Positions 1 through 13,464 of a DNA stretch of 64,000 bases are shown in pieces. The notes under the pieces are model-generated. The model was given only the letters and a program-made list of their open reading frames with translations. It searched no databases and was not told the origin of the DNA. Location of the stretch: NCBI GenBank assembly GCA_002269645.1, contig NIVC01001668.1, positions 124,001 to 188,000 on the forward strand. The letters are read 5' to 3'. The translations under genes and the position numbers were made by a program. The stretch comes from Macrostomum lignano (Eukaryota). Position 1 is the first letter of the stretch. Every line of letters starts with the position of its first letter.

Positions 1-497
1 ATACTACTATCTGTATAGTACTATCTATATAGTACTATCTAGTAGTCCTTAGCTAAAACAGTTCCAGGCTGAGCTGGTGTGTTAGTTCAAGCTTTAAACT
101 AAGTTTGAATTTAGAAAAAACCAACAGATTATAAATCAAATTAATAACGTAACTAAAATTTCAACGCCAACGGAAGTGCTCTACGAAACAATGGGATAAA
201 TCTTAGTAGCACTTTAAAGAGAGTACCCTGTTGAGTCGGAGAGTGCCGGTCTGAAATACATTTGTTTTACCGGAGTCAAATTGTTTCTAAGAAAAATTTC
301 AGTCAGTCACGCCTTTGCGGGTAAAAAACAGGCCGCGGAAGCCGGTTTGCCGACTGTGGAAAAAATTGAGTTTCAAAATTCAACCAAGACTCACTTCTGC
401 TCTCGTCCTCCTCCTCGTCCCCTTCATCGTCTGAGAGATCCTCTGAAAATAAATTTTAACTTTTTTTGTTGGCAATGACCAGAAAAACACAGCAAGG

Positions 498-1116
498 GAT
501 CCCAGATCCTAGATCCCAGATCCTAGATCCCAGAGCCTAGATCCCAGATCCTAGATCCCAGATCCTAGATCCCAGAGCCTAGATCCCAGATCCTAGATCC
601 CAGATCCTAGATCCCAGATCCTAGATCCCAGATCCTAGATCCTAGATCCTAGATCCCAGATCCTAGATCCCAGATCCTAGATCCCAGATCCTAGATCCCA
701 GATCCTAGATCCCAGATCCTAGATCCCAGATCCTAGATCCCAGATCCTAGATCCCAGATCCTAGATCCCAGATCCTAGATCCCAGATCCTAGATCCCAGA
801 TCCTAGATCCCAGATCCTAGATCCCAGATCCTAGATCCCAGATCCTAGATCCCAGATCCTAGATCCCAGATCCTAGATCCCAGATCCTAGATCCCAGATC
901 CTAGATCCCAGATCCTAGATCCCAGATCCTAGATCCCAGATCCTAGATCCCAGATCCTAGATCCCAGATCCTAGATCCCAGATCCTAGATCCCAGATCCT
1001 AGATCCCAGATCCTAGATCCCAGATCCTAGATCCCAGATCCTAGATCCCAGATCCTAGATCCCAGATCCTAGATCCCAGATCCTAGATCCCAGATCCTAG
1101 ATCCCAGATCCTAGAT
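498..1116. repeat. 14-bp minisatellite (GATCCCAGATCCTA)n
   Basis: Direct inspection; near-perfect. Confidence 0.97.
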
Positions 1117-1483
1117 TTGGGAATCCGGTCATGCAGTCCTTACCGGCCGTCAGAATCCATTCCATATAGCCATTGTAGTCCTCTTCGAATTTCATTCTCT
1201 CTCGTTGCTTATGAAACTTGCCCTTCTTTTTTGCTTTCTCGCGTTCTTTTGAAAACTCTCTGCAAATTTAAGCAGGAAAAGCAAGGCATATTAATTGAAA
1301 ATAACCTAATCATAAACCCATCTGTCTTAAAAGTTCAATCGCTCACAAAATTACGCTTGTCTCAAAGTATAACTGTTTCAAAATTAACCCCATCTCAAAA
1401 GTACATTTGCTTACAAGTGTACCTGTCTTAAATTATGACAATTTTTAAGTACACTTAATTGTCTTTAAAGTGCATTAGCTTTA

Positions 1484-1700
1484 AAGTACATTTCTTGAAA
1501 TTGCATTTGGTCTAAAGTAACATTTGCTCTAAAGCAAATCTGCTCTAAAGTGCACCTGTCTCAAAAGTACATCTGCTCTAAAGTGCACCTGTCTCAAAAG
1601 TACATTTGCTCTAAAGTAAATTTGCTCTAAAGTACATTTGCTCTAAAGTTCATTTGCTCTAAAGTACACCTGTATTAAAGTATGACTCTTAAAGTACATC
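1484..1700. repeat. Degenerate ~19-bp repeats (AAAGTACATTTGCTCT core)
   Basis: About 10 imperfect copies. Confidence 0.75.
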
Positions 1701-1781
1701 TACTTCAACAGTGTAGAACTCTCAAAGCATACAAGTCTCAACAATGCTCTCCCTTCAACCGCCCCGGCCACGCGGACTCAC

Positions 1782-2163
1782 CCGCTGAGAACACCGAGCA
1801 CCAAGTTCATGACAAAGAACGATCCCAGAATGATGAGACTGACAAAGTACATCCAAGCAAACTCTGGTCCCATACTGTCTGTCACATAGTACATGACATC
1901 TGTCCAGCCCTCCATAGTGATGCACTGGAACACTGTGAGCATAGCCAGGCCAATATTATCAAAGTTGGTGATGCCAGAGTTCGGACCCTCCCAGCGCTCA
2001 GTGATGCCGGGCTTGGGGCGCCAGTGCTTGTCTGACGGGTTGGCATCGAAGCAGGTCCAGTTCTCGCGCTCAGTCTCCTGGTAGTCCACACCGATGCAGT
2101 TCCAGCCCTTCAGCTCCTCCGCTGGACGGCTGTCGCAGGGTTGGGCGTCGTCGTGAATCGTCC
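1782..2163 (-). CDS. Cav1: Cav1 coding exon 4 (domain I pore loop and IS6); the gene continues beyond the left edge
   Basis: CAG|GG acceptor (phase 1). Contains [29 protein letters not shown] with the filter Glu, and [13 protein letters not shown]. Donor GG|GTGAGT at 1781 (phase 2). Confidence 0.96.
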
Positions 2164-2203
2164 CTGCACGAGCATTGAGGGGGGGGGGGCTTTTTAAAAA
2201 CAA

Positions 2204-2520
2204 GTCACCCCAACAATCTGGTAGTGAGTCACCCCAACAAACTGAAAGTGGGTCATCCCAAAAATCTGGTAGTGAGTCACCCCAACAAACTGAAAGTGGG
2301 TCATCCCAAAAATCTGGTAGTGAGTCACCCCAACAAACTGAAAGTGGGTCATCCCAAAAATCTGGTAGTGAGTCACCCCAACAATCTGGTAGTGAGTCAC
2401 CCCAACAATCTGGTAGTGAGTCACCCCAACAATCTGGAAGTGAGTCACCCCAACAATCTGGAAGTGAGTCACTTAAGCAATCTGAAAGTGATTCAGCCGA
2501 ATCTGGAAGTGAGTCACCCT
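2204..2520. repeat. 24-bp minisatellite with a 48-bp dimeric sub-block
   Basis: CAACAATCTGGTAGTGAGTCACCC; the first part alternates two variants. Confidence 0.95.
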
Positions 2521-3319
2521 GTCTTCAATCCCCGCTTGCCACGCACATTTCTTTGGTACGGCAAGCAAAATAGTACACAGTGTCCTAGCATGGGATGTAG
2601 GCTCGTATTACTAAGAAACTGAAAGGACGCCAACATTATTCAAACGAAGCCAGCGCCTGCCATCATTAGCGATGGTGGCCGGTAGAGCCGGTAGAGCCGG
2701 TAGAGGCAGAAGAACAGCTGCATGGCTACCCGGATAGGACTGGAAAAAGGCGTTCGGTATGGGCCTTTGTACGGGCTATGAAGGTATTGAAGGCCTCAGC
2801 CAGGTGAGAGGAGAGTGGCGAAGAAGTGAAATAGAAGAGGCCTAAAGCTTGCAATAGGTCCCCTAAATGGCTTAACATACATTGTCCAGACGAGGCGCGA
2901 ACATGGGGCGGTTGGTAGGTTGGGGAAGGGGATTAGCCAAACCTGACCAATTGCAGCCACTCCTGTCTACATCTGGGATCAGAAAATATCAGGCAGGGAG
3001 TTCGGAGGTGCAGACTGGGGGCGGGACGCACTCCCTATCCCATGCAGACATAAGACTTATTCGTTAAAGGTCGGCCACGCTTTGGTCAGTGTGTTTTTTG
3101 AAGTCGGACTGCGCGGAAATCTGCATGCTGGGAAAGTGCCACGTTCTGGTGAATCATTTGGCTGCTGGCACACTTGCGGGGAACTGCTGGTAATGAACGG
3201 GAAATTCTAATTGAATATTACGAGCGTAAGAGATGCAGACAGCTTGCACTTGCTTTCTCCACTCCCTTCTCAATGCCGTCTCAACTCGTCGAAATTTTCA
3301 CGACATTTGAAATATCTAC

Positions 3320-3752
3320 TTGTCGATTGCTCATCTTGTTGATTTCACATCTTGTCGATGTCTAGTTTTGTCGATTTCTCATCTTGTCGATTTCTCATAT
3401 CCTGTCGATTTCTCGCCTTGTCGAATTCGCATCTTGTCGATTCATCATCTTGCCCATTTTAACCTTGTCGATTTCTTATCTTGTCGATTTCTAATATTGT
3501 CGATTTACCATCCAGTCGATTTCTCATCTTGTAGATTTACCATCCAGTCGATTTCTCATCTTGTAGATTTACCATCCAGTCGATTTCTCATCTTGTAGAT
3601 TTACCATCCAGTCGATTTCTCATCTTGTAGATTTACCATCCAGTCGATTTCTCATCTTGTAGATTTACCATCCAGTCGATTTCTCATCTTGTAGATTTAC
3701 CATCCAGTCGATTTCTCATCTTGTAGATTTACCATCCAGTCGATTTCTCATC
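3320..3752. repeat. 16/32-bp minisatellite, degenerate on the left and perfect on the right
   Basis: GTCGATTTCTCATCTTGTAGATTTACCATCCA with period 32 from about 3512. Confidence 0.93.
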
Positions 3753-4718
3753 TCGTAAAATTTTCTGCTAGACTAATTTCGTACTTTTATACAATACTTT
3801 CATAAAGTTAATAAATCAGCAGGCATAGATAGGCCCACTCCTTTAGAATTGAGAACAATTGAGCCAAGGAAATTTCATCCCCCCCCCCAGACCCCTCTCC
3901 CCCGTTTGCTAAGGTTCGCTCGGAGCCCCTCTACACCTGAATTTTATTGCCGCCGCGTACCCCCGAGTCCCCCTCACCAACCCAAGCCCCCGCGTCGGCC
4001 TGAGCCCGAAGAAGTCTGTTCTCAGGTCACGAACACGGCGAGAGCGCCAACCCCCTTCCTTGCAGAGCCCCGTAGTGGTCATCAACGCAGCGGCACTGAT
4101 ACAGCAGTCACTCACCCATCTTCTGCTTCTGCTCTGTGTAACTAGCATCGCTAATCCCCACTCCCCCTCTCTCCCGCTGCTCTTGAGCCTCTTGAGATAG
4201 TGCTCACAGCTCAATGAGCAGTTTCTCGCAGACTTAACCTAGCGATATAAGAGAAAAACTAGGAGAAGAAGACACTTGAAGCCAAATTCTTAAGTTCGAG
4301 TCTTCTTTTAGGCAAAAAAGCTTCCTGAGTAACTCTTATTTTCACCTGAGCTCATCTAAATCATTTCTGCTCCGCCTGCTTTACTCAACTGCTCAAGCGA
4401 AGCCCGCGAGGTCAATTAAAAACTGTTCGTTGAGTTAATTTCCACTGAGCTAATCGTTGAATAAATGGCACTTCTAAACCTTTAAACGAATAGATAGAAG
4501 TACTCGAATTACTCCAGCATCATAACTCACTCAATCTCAAGCACCTCGAATGCTAAGTATGTCACTCTGGAACCAGTGTACTCTATTATATATATATATT
4601 AGTAGTAGAACAATAATTCTTCACTCTAACTTTGAAAGATCACTCTGGAACTATAGAAACATCACTGTAAAAGTGTCATTCTGCAACTAAAGCATTATAC
4701 TACTGAACGAGTAAACAT

Positions 4719-5147
4719 GACACTCTGGAACCAGAACCGTCACTCTACTATAGCAGTGTCACTCTGGAACCAGAACCGTTACTCTACTATAGTAGTGTCA
4801 CTCTGGAACCAGAACCGTCACTCTACTATAGCAGTGTCACTCTGGAACCAGAACCGTCACTCTACTATAGTAGTGTCACTCTGGAACCAGAACCGTCACT
4901 CTACTATAGCAGTGTCACTCTGTAACCAGAACCGTCACTCTACTATAGTAGTGTCACTCTGGAACCAGAACCGTCACTCTACTATAGTAGTGTCACTCTG
5001 GAACCAGAACCGTCACTCTACTGTAGTAGTGTCACTCTGGAACCAGAACCGTCACTCTACTATAGCAGTGTCACTCTGGAACCAGAACCGTCACTCTACT
5101 ATAGCAGTGTCACTCTGGAACCAGAACCGTCACTCTACTGTAGCAAT
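4719..5147. repeat. 39-bp minisatellite
   Basis: CTCTGGAACCAGAACCGTCACTCTACTATAG(C/T)AGTGTCA, about 11 copies. Confidence 0.96.
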
Positions 5148-5209
5148 GCATTAGCACAACAGCCAGCACATGAAATTCTGCTAACAAAAATAAAACAGAA
5201 TCAGCTCAC

Positions 5210-5624
5210 ATATCCGGGTCACGTGATTCTGCTTGTAGCAGGCGCCGTGCAGCTTCCCTGAGAACATCTCCAAGCCGATGATGGCGTAGATGAGTATCAC
5301 AAACAGTACGAGCAGGGCGATGTGCAGCAGCGGCAGCATTGCCCGCATGATTGAGTTGAGCACCACCTGGAGGCTGGGCATCCCGGACACGAGGCGCAAC
5401 GGTCTCAGCACTCGAAATGCCCGCAACGCTTTGATGTCCAGGGTGTTTGGCGACACTACCCTCTGCAGCAGGATGCTGATCAGGCCAATTACAACTATGA
5501 CAAAGTCCAGCACATTCCAGAAGTTTCTAAGATACGCGTTCTGATCCATCACGAAGCCCTGAGCAATGATCTTCAAGCAGCACTCGGCGGTGAAGATGCC
5601 AGTGAACACCAGCTCCAGCTTCTC
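5210..5624 (-). CDS. Cav1: Cav1 coding exon 3 (IS2-IS5)
   Basis: TTGCAG|GAG acceptor. Contains [11 protein letters not shown], the S4 [16 protein letters not shown] and [10 protein letters not shown]. Donor T|GTGAGC at 5209 (phase 1). Confidence 0.96.
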
Positions 5625-5698
5625 CTGCAATGGGGTGGCCTCGCTTTGTTGCAGACTGCAGCTTCTGGCTTTGAGAGCTTTCATTTCATTTGGCCTGA

Positions 5699-6190
5699 CA
5701 CTATCCCAGTCTTCACAACACTATCCCAGTCTTCACAACACTATCCCAGCATTCACAACATTATTTCAGCCTTCACAACACTATCCCAGCCTTCACAACA
5801 CTATCCCAACCTTCACAACACTTTGCCAGCCTTCAAAACCCTATCTCAGCCTTCAAAACACTATCCCAGCATTCACAACACTATCCCAGCCTTCACAACA
5901 CTATCCCAGCCTTCAAAACCCTATCTCAGCCTTCAAAACACTATTCCAGCATTCACAACACTATCCCAGCCTTCACAACACTATCCCAGCCTTCACAACA
6001 CTATCCCAGCCTTCACAACACTTTGCCAGCCTTCAAAACCCTATCTCAGCCTTCAAAACACTAACCCAGCATTCACAACACTATCCCAGCCTTCACAACA
6101 CTATCTAAGCCTTCAAAATACTATCCCAGCCTTAACAACAATATCTTAGCCTTCTAAACAATATCCCAGCCTTCACAACACTATCCAAAG
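5699..6190. repeat. 20-bp minisatellite filling Cav1 intron 2
   Basis: TTCACAACACTATCCCAGCC variants. Confidence 0.95.
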
Positions 6191-6246
6191 CAAAGCAAAG
6201 CTCACAGCAATTTTTTTACACAGAAAAGCTAGGAAAAAGCGCTCAC

Positions 6247-6352
6247 AAGAAAGGCGTTCACGTCGTTAGAGTCGGACTCCGGATACGGCGTGGTTGCCGC
6301 AAGGGCAACACAGTTGGCAAATATGGTTAACAGGATGATCACCTCAAAGGGC
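6247..6352 (-). CDS. Cav1: Cav1 coding exon 2 (IS1), missed by the ORF track
   Basis: TTTTCAG|G CCC TTT GAG... translates (K)[35 protein letters not shown]. Donor CTT|GTGAGC at 6246. The 106-nt length keeps the frame. Confidence 0.95.
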
Positions 6353-6473
6353 CTGAAAATTATCGAATAAATTGGCTTTGAATTAAAGATTGTAAGGTCG
6401 TTTACTTCAAAGTTTTATTTCACATGGAGAAAATTTTTTTGAACATTAGTGTTAAATTTATTAGTATTTGAAT

Positions 6474-7708
6474 GGTAGCCAGTGATGGTAGCTAGTGATG
6501 GTAGCTAGTGATGGTAGCTAGTGATGGTAGCTAGTGATGGTAGCTAGTGATGGTAGCTAGTGATGGTAGCTAGTGATGGTAGCTAGTGATGGTAGCTAGT
6601 GATGGTAGCTAGTGATGGTAGCTAGTGATGGTAGCTAGTGATGGTAGCTAGTGATGGTAGCTAGTGATGGTAGCTAGTGATGGTAGCTAGTGATGGTAGC
6701 TAGTGATGGTAGCTAGTGATGGTAGCTAGTGATGGTAGCTAGTGATGGTAGCTAGTGATGGTAGCTAGTGATGGTAGCTAGTGATGGTAGCTAGTGATGG
6801 TAGCTAGTGATGGTAGCTAGTGATGGTAGCCAGTGACGGTAGCCAGTGATGGTAGCTAGTGATGGTAGCTAGTGATGGTAGCTAGTGATGGTAGCTAGTG
6901 ATGGTAGCTAGTGATGGTAGCTAGTGATGGTAGCTAGTGATGGTAGCTAGTGATGGTAGCTAGTGATGGTAGCTAGTGATGGTAGCTAGTGATGGTAGCT
7001 AGTGATGGTAGCTAGTGATGGTAGCTAGTGATGGTAGCTAGTGATGGTAGCTAGTGATGGTAGCTAGTGATGGTAGCTAGTGATGGTAGCTAGTGATGGT
7101 AGCTAGTGATGGTAGCTAGTGATGGTAGCTAGTGATGGTAGCCAGTGATGGTAGCTAGTGATGGTAGCTAGTGATGGTAGCTAGTGATGGTAGCTAGTGA
7201 TGGTAGCTAGTGATGGTAGCTAGTGATGGTAGCTAGTGATGGTAGCTAGTGATGGTAGCTAGTGATGGTAGCTAGTGATGGTAGCTAGTGATGGTAGCTA
7301 GTGATGGTAGCTAGTGATGGTAGCTAGTGATGGTAGCTAGTGATGGTAGCTAGTGATGGTAGCTAGTGATGGTAGCTAGTGATGGTAGCTAGTGATGGTA
7401 GCTAGTGATGGTAGCCAGTGACGGTAGCCAGTGATGGTAGCTAGTGATGGTAGCTAGTGATGGTAGCTAGTGACGGTAGCCAGTGACGGTAGCTAGTGAT
7501 GGTAGTTAAAGATGGTAGATAGTGATGGTAGCTAGTGGCGGTATAGCTAGTGACGGTAGTTAAAGATGGTAGATAGTGATGGTAGCTAGTGACGGTAGCC
7601 AGTGACGGTAGCTAGTGATGGTAGTTAAAGATGGTAGATAGTGATGGTAGCTAGTGGCGGTATAGCTAGTGACGGTAGTTAAAGATGGTAGATAGTGATG
7701 GTAGCTAG
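6474..7708. repeat. 13-bp minisatellite (GCTAGTGATGGTA)n
   Basis: Direct inspection. Confidence 0.97.
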
Positions 7709-8234
7709 TAAATATGTTAACGAGTTTAAGAATACACTCTGCTTTAGAGAGGCGGCTATGATTCTGAAGCACTTCTATAAATCAGCTGTACGAGCGTATT
7801 TTCACAACTAATTCAATCTCTCTTTTTCCGTATAGCTGACATGCTCAAAGGCATTGGGCGGCCTGTTTTCAGAAACGGAGGGGAAGCCAGAGCTGCCATG
7901 GTTAGTGCACTTGAGTACTCAATGACGACCCCTTATATAGCAGTGCCTTTGAAATGAGCGCAGCGCTTGAGCACAGGAGTTGTCCGGTGCAGTGCGAATA
8001 TTGTCAAACTGGCTAGATTTATGGCCCGCAGCGAAAAGTGCACGTCGGGCTGCCGTCGAATCTGCCAGGTAATTAGCAGATGAAGAGGCACAGAGAGGCT
8101 GGAAACTGGAGACTGGGGAAAAGATGCACCTGGGAGAGAGGGCATTGGGAAGTGAAATCAGATTGAAAAGATTGAAGAGATGGACAAGCTGCAATGAAAA
8201 GAAAGAGAAAGAATATAAGGGGATAATAACAGAG

Positions 8235-9270
8235 AGGGTATGACCGAGAAGAGAGGGATAGGACCGAAAGGAGAGGGATAGGACCGAAAGGAGAGGGATA
8301 GGACCGAGAGGAGAGGGATAGGACCGAGAGGAGAGGGATAGGACCGAGAGGAGAGGGATATGACAGAGAGGAGAGGGATAGGACCGAGAGGAGAGGGATA
8401 GGACAGAGAGGAGAGGGATAGGACCGAGAGGAGAGGGATAGGACCGAGAGGAGAGGGACATGACCGAGAGGAGAGGGATATGACCGAGAGGAGAGGGATA
8501 TGACCGAGAGGAGAAGGATAGGACCGAGAGGAGAGGGATATGACCGAGAGGAGAGGGATAGGACCGAGAGGAGAAGGATATGACCGAGAGGAGAGGGATA
8601 TGACTGACAGGAGAGGGATATGACTGACAGGAGAGCGATATGACCGAGAGGAGAGGGAAATGACCGAGAGGAGAGGGATATGACCGAGAGGAGAGGGATA
8701 TGACCGAGAGGAGAGGGATATGACCGAGAGGAGAGGGATAGGACTGAGAGGAGAGGGGTAGGACCGAGAGGAGAGGGATAGGACCGAGAGGAGAGGGATA
8801 TGACAGAGAGGAGAGGGATGTGACCGAGAGGAGAGGGATATGACCGAGAGGAGAGGGATATGACCGAGAGGAGAGGGATATGACCGAGAGGAGAGGGATA
8901 TGACCGAGAGGAGAGGGATATGACCGAGAGGAGAGGGATATGACCGAGAGGAGAGGGATATGACCGAGAGGAGAGGGATATGACCGAGAAGAGAGGGATA
9001 TGACCGAGAGGAGAGGGATATGACCGAGAAGAGAGGGATATGACCGAGAAGAGAGGGATATGACCGAGAGGAGAGGGATATAACCGAGAGGAGAGGGATA
9101 TGACCGAGAGGAGAGGGATATGACCGAGAAGAGAGGGATATGACCGAGAGGAGAGGGATATGACCGAGAGGAGAGGGATATGACCGAGAAGAGAGGAATA
9201 TGACCAAGAGGAGAGGGATATGACCGAGAGGAGAGGGAGATGACAGAGGAGAGGGAGATGACAGAGAGAG
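8235..9270. repeat. 20-bp purine-rich minisatellite (GAGAGGGATATGACCGAGAG)n
   Basis: Direct inspection. Confidence 0.96.
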
Positions 9271-10604
9271 AGGTTGGTTATCAAGACAGAGATGCAGGCA
9301 AAGGCTGTTCAATATGCTTGAATGTTGACATTAATCAGATTTAAATATCGACTCAATTAAGACTGGAAGCAATGCCGTTGTTGAGTCAACGCATTACGGC
9401 AAATCTGATTGAGCAACAGCATGGGACAAGGTACTGCCCCAGTGTAACTAGCCATCAGGATGGGAATTTGACACTGGGAAGGCAATTTAGGGTGAGGCTT
9501 GAGTCGTGATCGAATTTAAAGCTTTCCCCAACCTTCACAGACCCCGCTCAGGCCCCCCACCCCCGTCCAGGCTTGAAAAATAATAGCAAAGCAAAAGCGA
9601 TGGAGGGGAGGTGCGAGACAAACACGAGAGGAGAAGCTCAGTGCCGCCTGCTGACTAGAGTGGCAGTGGGGTCTCTATAGGGATCTTGTATTTCAAGCCC
9701 AGAGGTAATCCCAAGGCCAGTCCCCGAGGGGGGGGGACCCTACCGTCTTCAGCTTGAAATTTATCTCTGAGTTTCAATTTTATAAGACTTGATGAAGATG
9801 GAGAGAGAGAGAGAGAGGGGTGGAGATCGGCTCATCAAAGTGTGAATCGGATTAGCCTATAATATGCGCTGGGCTGGGGGGTTGAGAACCTAATAGTTGG
9901 GCAGGCTAGCGGGCGCGTTCGCAGTGCCGAGAGCTTGAATTTGGCCTAAATAGCCGAAGACAGACGGAGTCCCGGCAGAGAGTATAGAAAGGGGAGAGGA
10001 GGGAATTGCCCGAGACTTCCGACTCTCTCTCTCTCTCTCTCTCGCTAGTTCTTGCGCATTTATTTTCTGCGGGAGCATAGCCAGCAACGCAGCGCCTTGG
10101 GGGGGGGGGAAGGTTTGAGGAGGGAAGTCAAATTTTCTGAGCATAGCAAAAAATCGCCCAAGACCGCGCGCACTCTCTCGGCTTTCCCGGCTCTGCCGTA
10201 TGCAATAAGCCAGGAGCAGCAATAGGAGATCGAGAACAAAAATTGTGCCAGCGGGAGAAGAGCGAGTGCATGCCAGTAAGAAGTCTTCAAGGCCGACGAG
10301 GAGTTCAGGGCGGGAGACCCCAGGAGATCCCATGAAAAAGCTTTGGCTGTCGCCAAGTCGAAATTGGAGATATTTTTCCTCTTGGGCAGTGCAGCTCTGC
10401 TCTGCCCCTTCTTCCCCTCACAGTCCTCTGGGGCGGCCTGTCTGCTTTGGCCTGGGTTGTACGGCGGCAAATCTGACCAAAGCATTTGTCTCAGCTATTG
10501 ACTGCGGGCGGTGCAGACAACTGTAATAAGAAGCTGTCAAGACAGGGTGGCGACAGCGCACAGTTCAAACAAGGGGCTGACAGGTGCTTGTAAACTTTTA
10601 CAGC

Positions 10605-11586
10605 ACTGACTGACTGACTGACTGACTGACTGACTGACTGACTGACTGACTGACTGACTGACTGACTGACTGACTGACTGACTGACTGACTGACTGACTG
10701 ACTGACTGACTGACTGACTGACTGACTGACTGACTGACTGACTGACTGACTGACTGACTGACTGACTGACTGACTGACTGACTGACTGACTGACTGACTG
10801 ACTGACTGACTGACTGACTGACTGACTGACTGACTGACTGACTGACTGACTGACTGACTGACTGACTGACTGACTGACTGACTGACTGACTGACTGACTG
10901 ACTGACTGACTGACTGACTGACTGACTGACTGACTGACTGACTGACTGACTGACTGACTGACTGACTGACTGACTGACTGACTGACTGACTGACTGACTG
11001 ACTGACTGACTGACTGACTGACTGACTGACTGACTGACTGACTGACTGACTGACTGACTGACTGACTGACTGACTGACTGACTGACTGACTGACTGACTG
11101 ACTGACTGACTGACTGACTGACTGACTGACTGACTGACTGACTGACTGACTGACTGACTGACTGACTGACTGACTGACTGACTGACTGACTGACTGACTG
11201 ACTGACTGACTGACTGACTGACTGACTGACTGACTGACTGACTGACTGACTGACTGACTGACTGACTGACTGACTGACTGACTGACTGACTGACTGACTG
11301 ACTGACTGACTGACTGACTGACTGACTGACTGACTGACTGACTGACTGACTGACTGACTGACTGACTGACTGACTGACTGACTGACTGACTGACTGACTG
11401 ACTGACTGACTGACTGACTGACTGACTGACTGACTGACTGACTGACTGACTGACTGACTGACTGACTGACTGACTGACTGACTGACTGACTGACTGACTG
11501 ACTGACTGACTGACTGACTGACTGACTGACTGACTGACTGACTGACTGACTGACTGACTGACTGACTGACTGACTGACTGACTGAC
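10605..11586. repeat. Uninterrupted (ACTG)n microsatellite, about 245 units
   Basis: Direct inspection; no interruption seen. Confidence 0.98.
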
Positions 11587-12029
11587 AATCATTAGCCGAA
11601 TAAGCGGCAGACTACTCAGTAACTCTGCGCGAGCAGCTTCGGGGATGCAGAGGAGAATTCATTGGTCAGTTTTGAACGGTTTACAGAGAGGATCGGAGAG
11701 GGAAGGGCGGAATGGCTAAACGAGGCCCTGGGGGGACAGCGCTGACTGCTATAGAAATGGAAGCCCATGATCGATAGATGAGCGGGGAGATTGATTAGAT
11801 GAGGTGGGGAAAGAAAACTCGAGACAGACTGGGACGCAGTGAAAAAAAAAACAAATGGAAGAGGCAGCCAGAATTCATCTTACAATTTAGTGTCAGATTC
11901 ATTCAGTATAAATCGCTTAAAAACTAACTATAACAATAAAAAACAATTCCATTCAGTGAAGACACTCTTGATGGCAACAAATTACGCAGTTTTAGAATTG
12001 CTGTTACGGAGTGATAGAATGACAGTAAA

Positions 12030-12935
12030 AGAGGAGTGACAGAATCGCATTGAGAGAGGAGTGACAGAATCGCAGTAAGAGAGGAGTGACAGAATCGCAG
12101 TGAGAGAGGAGTGACAGAATCACAGTGAGAGCGGAGTGACAGAATCGCATGAAAGTGGAGTGAGAGTGAGAGAATCGCAGTGAGAGAGGAGTGACAGAAT
12201 CGCAGTGAGAGTGGAGTGACAGAATCGCAGTAAGAGAGGAGTGAGAGAATCGCAGTGAGAGAGGAGTGACAGAATCGCAGTGAGAGTAGAGTGAGAGAAT
12301 CGCAGTAAAAGAGGAGTGACAGAATCGCATTGAGAGAGGAGTGACAGAATCGCAGTAAGAGAGGAGTGACAGAATCGCAGTGAGAGAGGAGTGACAGAAT
12401 CACAGTGAGAGCGGAGTGACAGAATCGCATGAAAGTGGAGTGAGAGTGAGAGAATCGCAGTGAGAGAGGAGTGACAGAATCGCAGTGAGAGTGGAGTGAC
12501 AGAATCGCAGTAAGAGAGGAGTGAGAGAATCGCAGTGAGAGAGGAGTGACAGAATCGCAGTGAGAGTAGAGTGAGAGAATCGCAGTGAGAGAGGAGTGAC
12601 AGAATCGCAGTGAGAGAGAAGTGACAGAATCGCAGTAAGAGAGGAGTGACAGAATCGCAGTGAGAGAGGAGTGACAGAATCGCAGTGAGAGTAGAGTGAG
12701 AGAATCGCAGTGAGAGAGGAGTGACAGAATCGCAGTGAGAGAGAAGTGACAGAATCGCAGTGAGAGAGAAGTGACAGAATCGCAGTAAGAGAGGAGTGAC
12801 AGAATCGCAGTGAGAGAGGAGTGACAGAATCGCAGTGAGAGAGGAGTGACAGAATCGCAGTGGGAGAGGAGTGACAGAATCGCAGTAAGAGAGGAGTGAC
12901 AGAATCGCAGTGAGAGAGGAGTGACAGAATCGCAG
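12030..12935. repeat. 25-bp minisatellite with a 280-bp higher-order duplication
   Basis: GTGACAGAATCGCAGTGAGAGAGGA; a diagnostic variant block recurs at 12121 and 12401. Confidence 0.95.
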
Positions 12936-13464
12936 AAACAGGGTGACAGAATCTCACAGGGAGAATTTGAGGGGCTAAAAAACATGAACGAACTGAAAAG
13001 TGCAGGGAGATATTCGGACGTGAGGGCGGGATGCCGTGCACCTGATTCAATTTCGCTTGAAGGGTGCGCTTGGAGGGCGGTGGACTGCGGAAAATTTCCC
13101 CGATTCTGGCACGTACAGAGACTGCAGTCCTTCTTTGGAGAAAAATTTCTCTGGCTTGAGTTAGAGAAGTACCGCGGAGAGGGGAAAATTGGGAGTTGGG
13201 TTGGGTTGCCAATCATGAGATGAGAATGGGATGGAGAATTCCTCCTGCGGTACCAGCAAATTGGGTTCCAGTGTGCGGGAAAAGTTCGTTCGTCATCAAA
13301 ACTGTCTTCACTATTTAGTCATTCTTTTATCATTTTTGTGCCGCTACGCACTGAGCTTTAACTTGTGCCGGGCGGGATAATAGGGCTATTAAGTTAACAT
13401 GATTTTCGCTTTTAAGATGAGATTCAGTATCAGTCTGATCAGATGCGTTATCACGTTGATTATA

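Noticed and set aside
7919-9312. Long Ser/Leu/Pro-rich ORFs (also at 11924-13216, 15972-16809, 24283-24877, 41332-42082, 42745-43203, 60606-62162)
   Set aside because: All coincide with minisatellites and are open in several frames.
10491-11592. 351-365 aa (SVSQ)n ORFs
   Set aside because: Translation of (ACTG)n. They are open only because the unit lacks stops on that strand, and they lie within a Cav1 intron.
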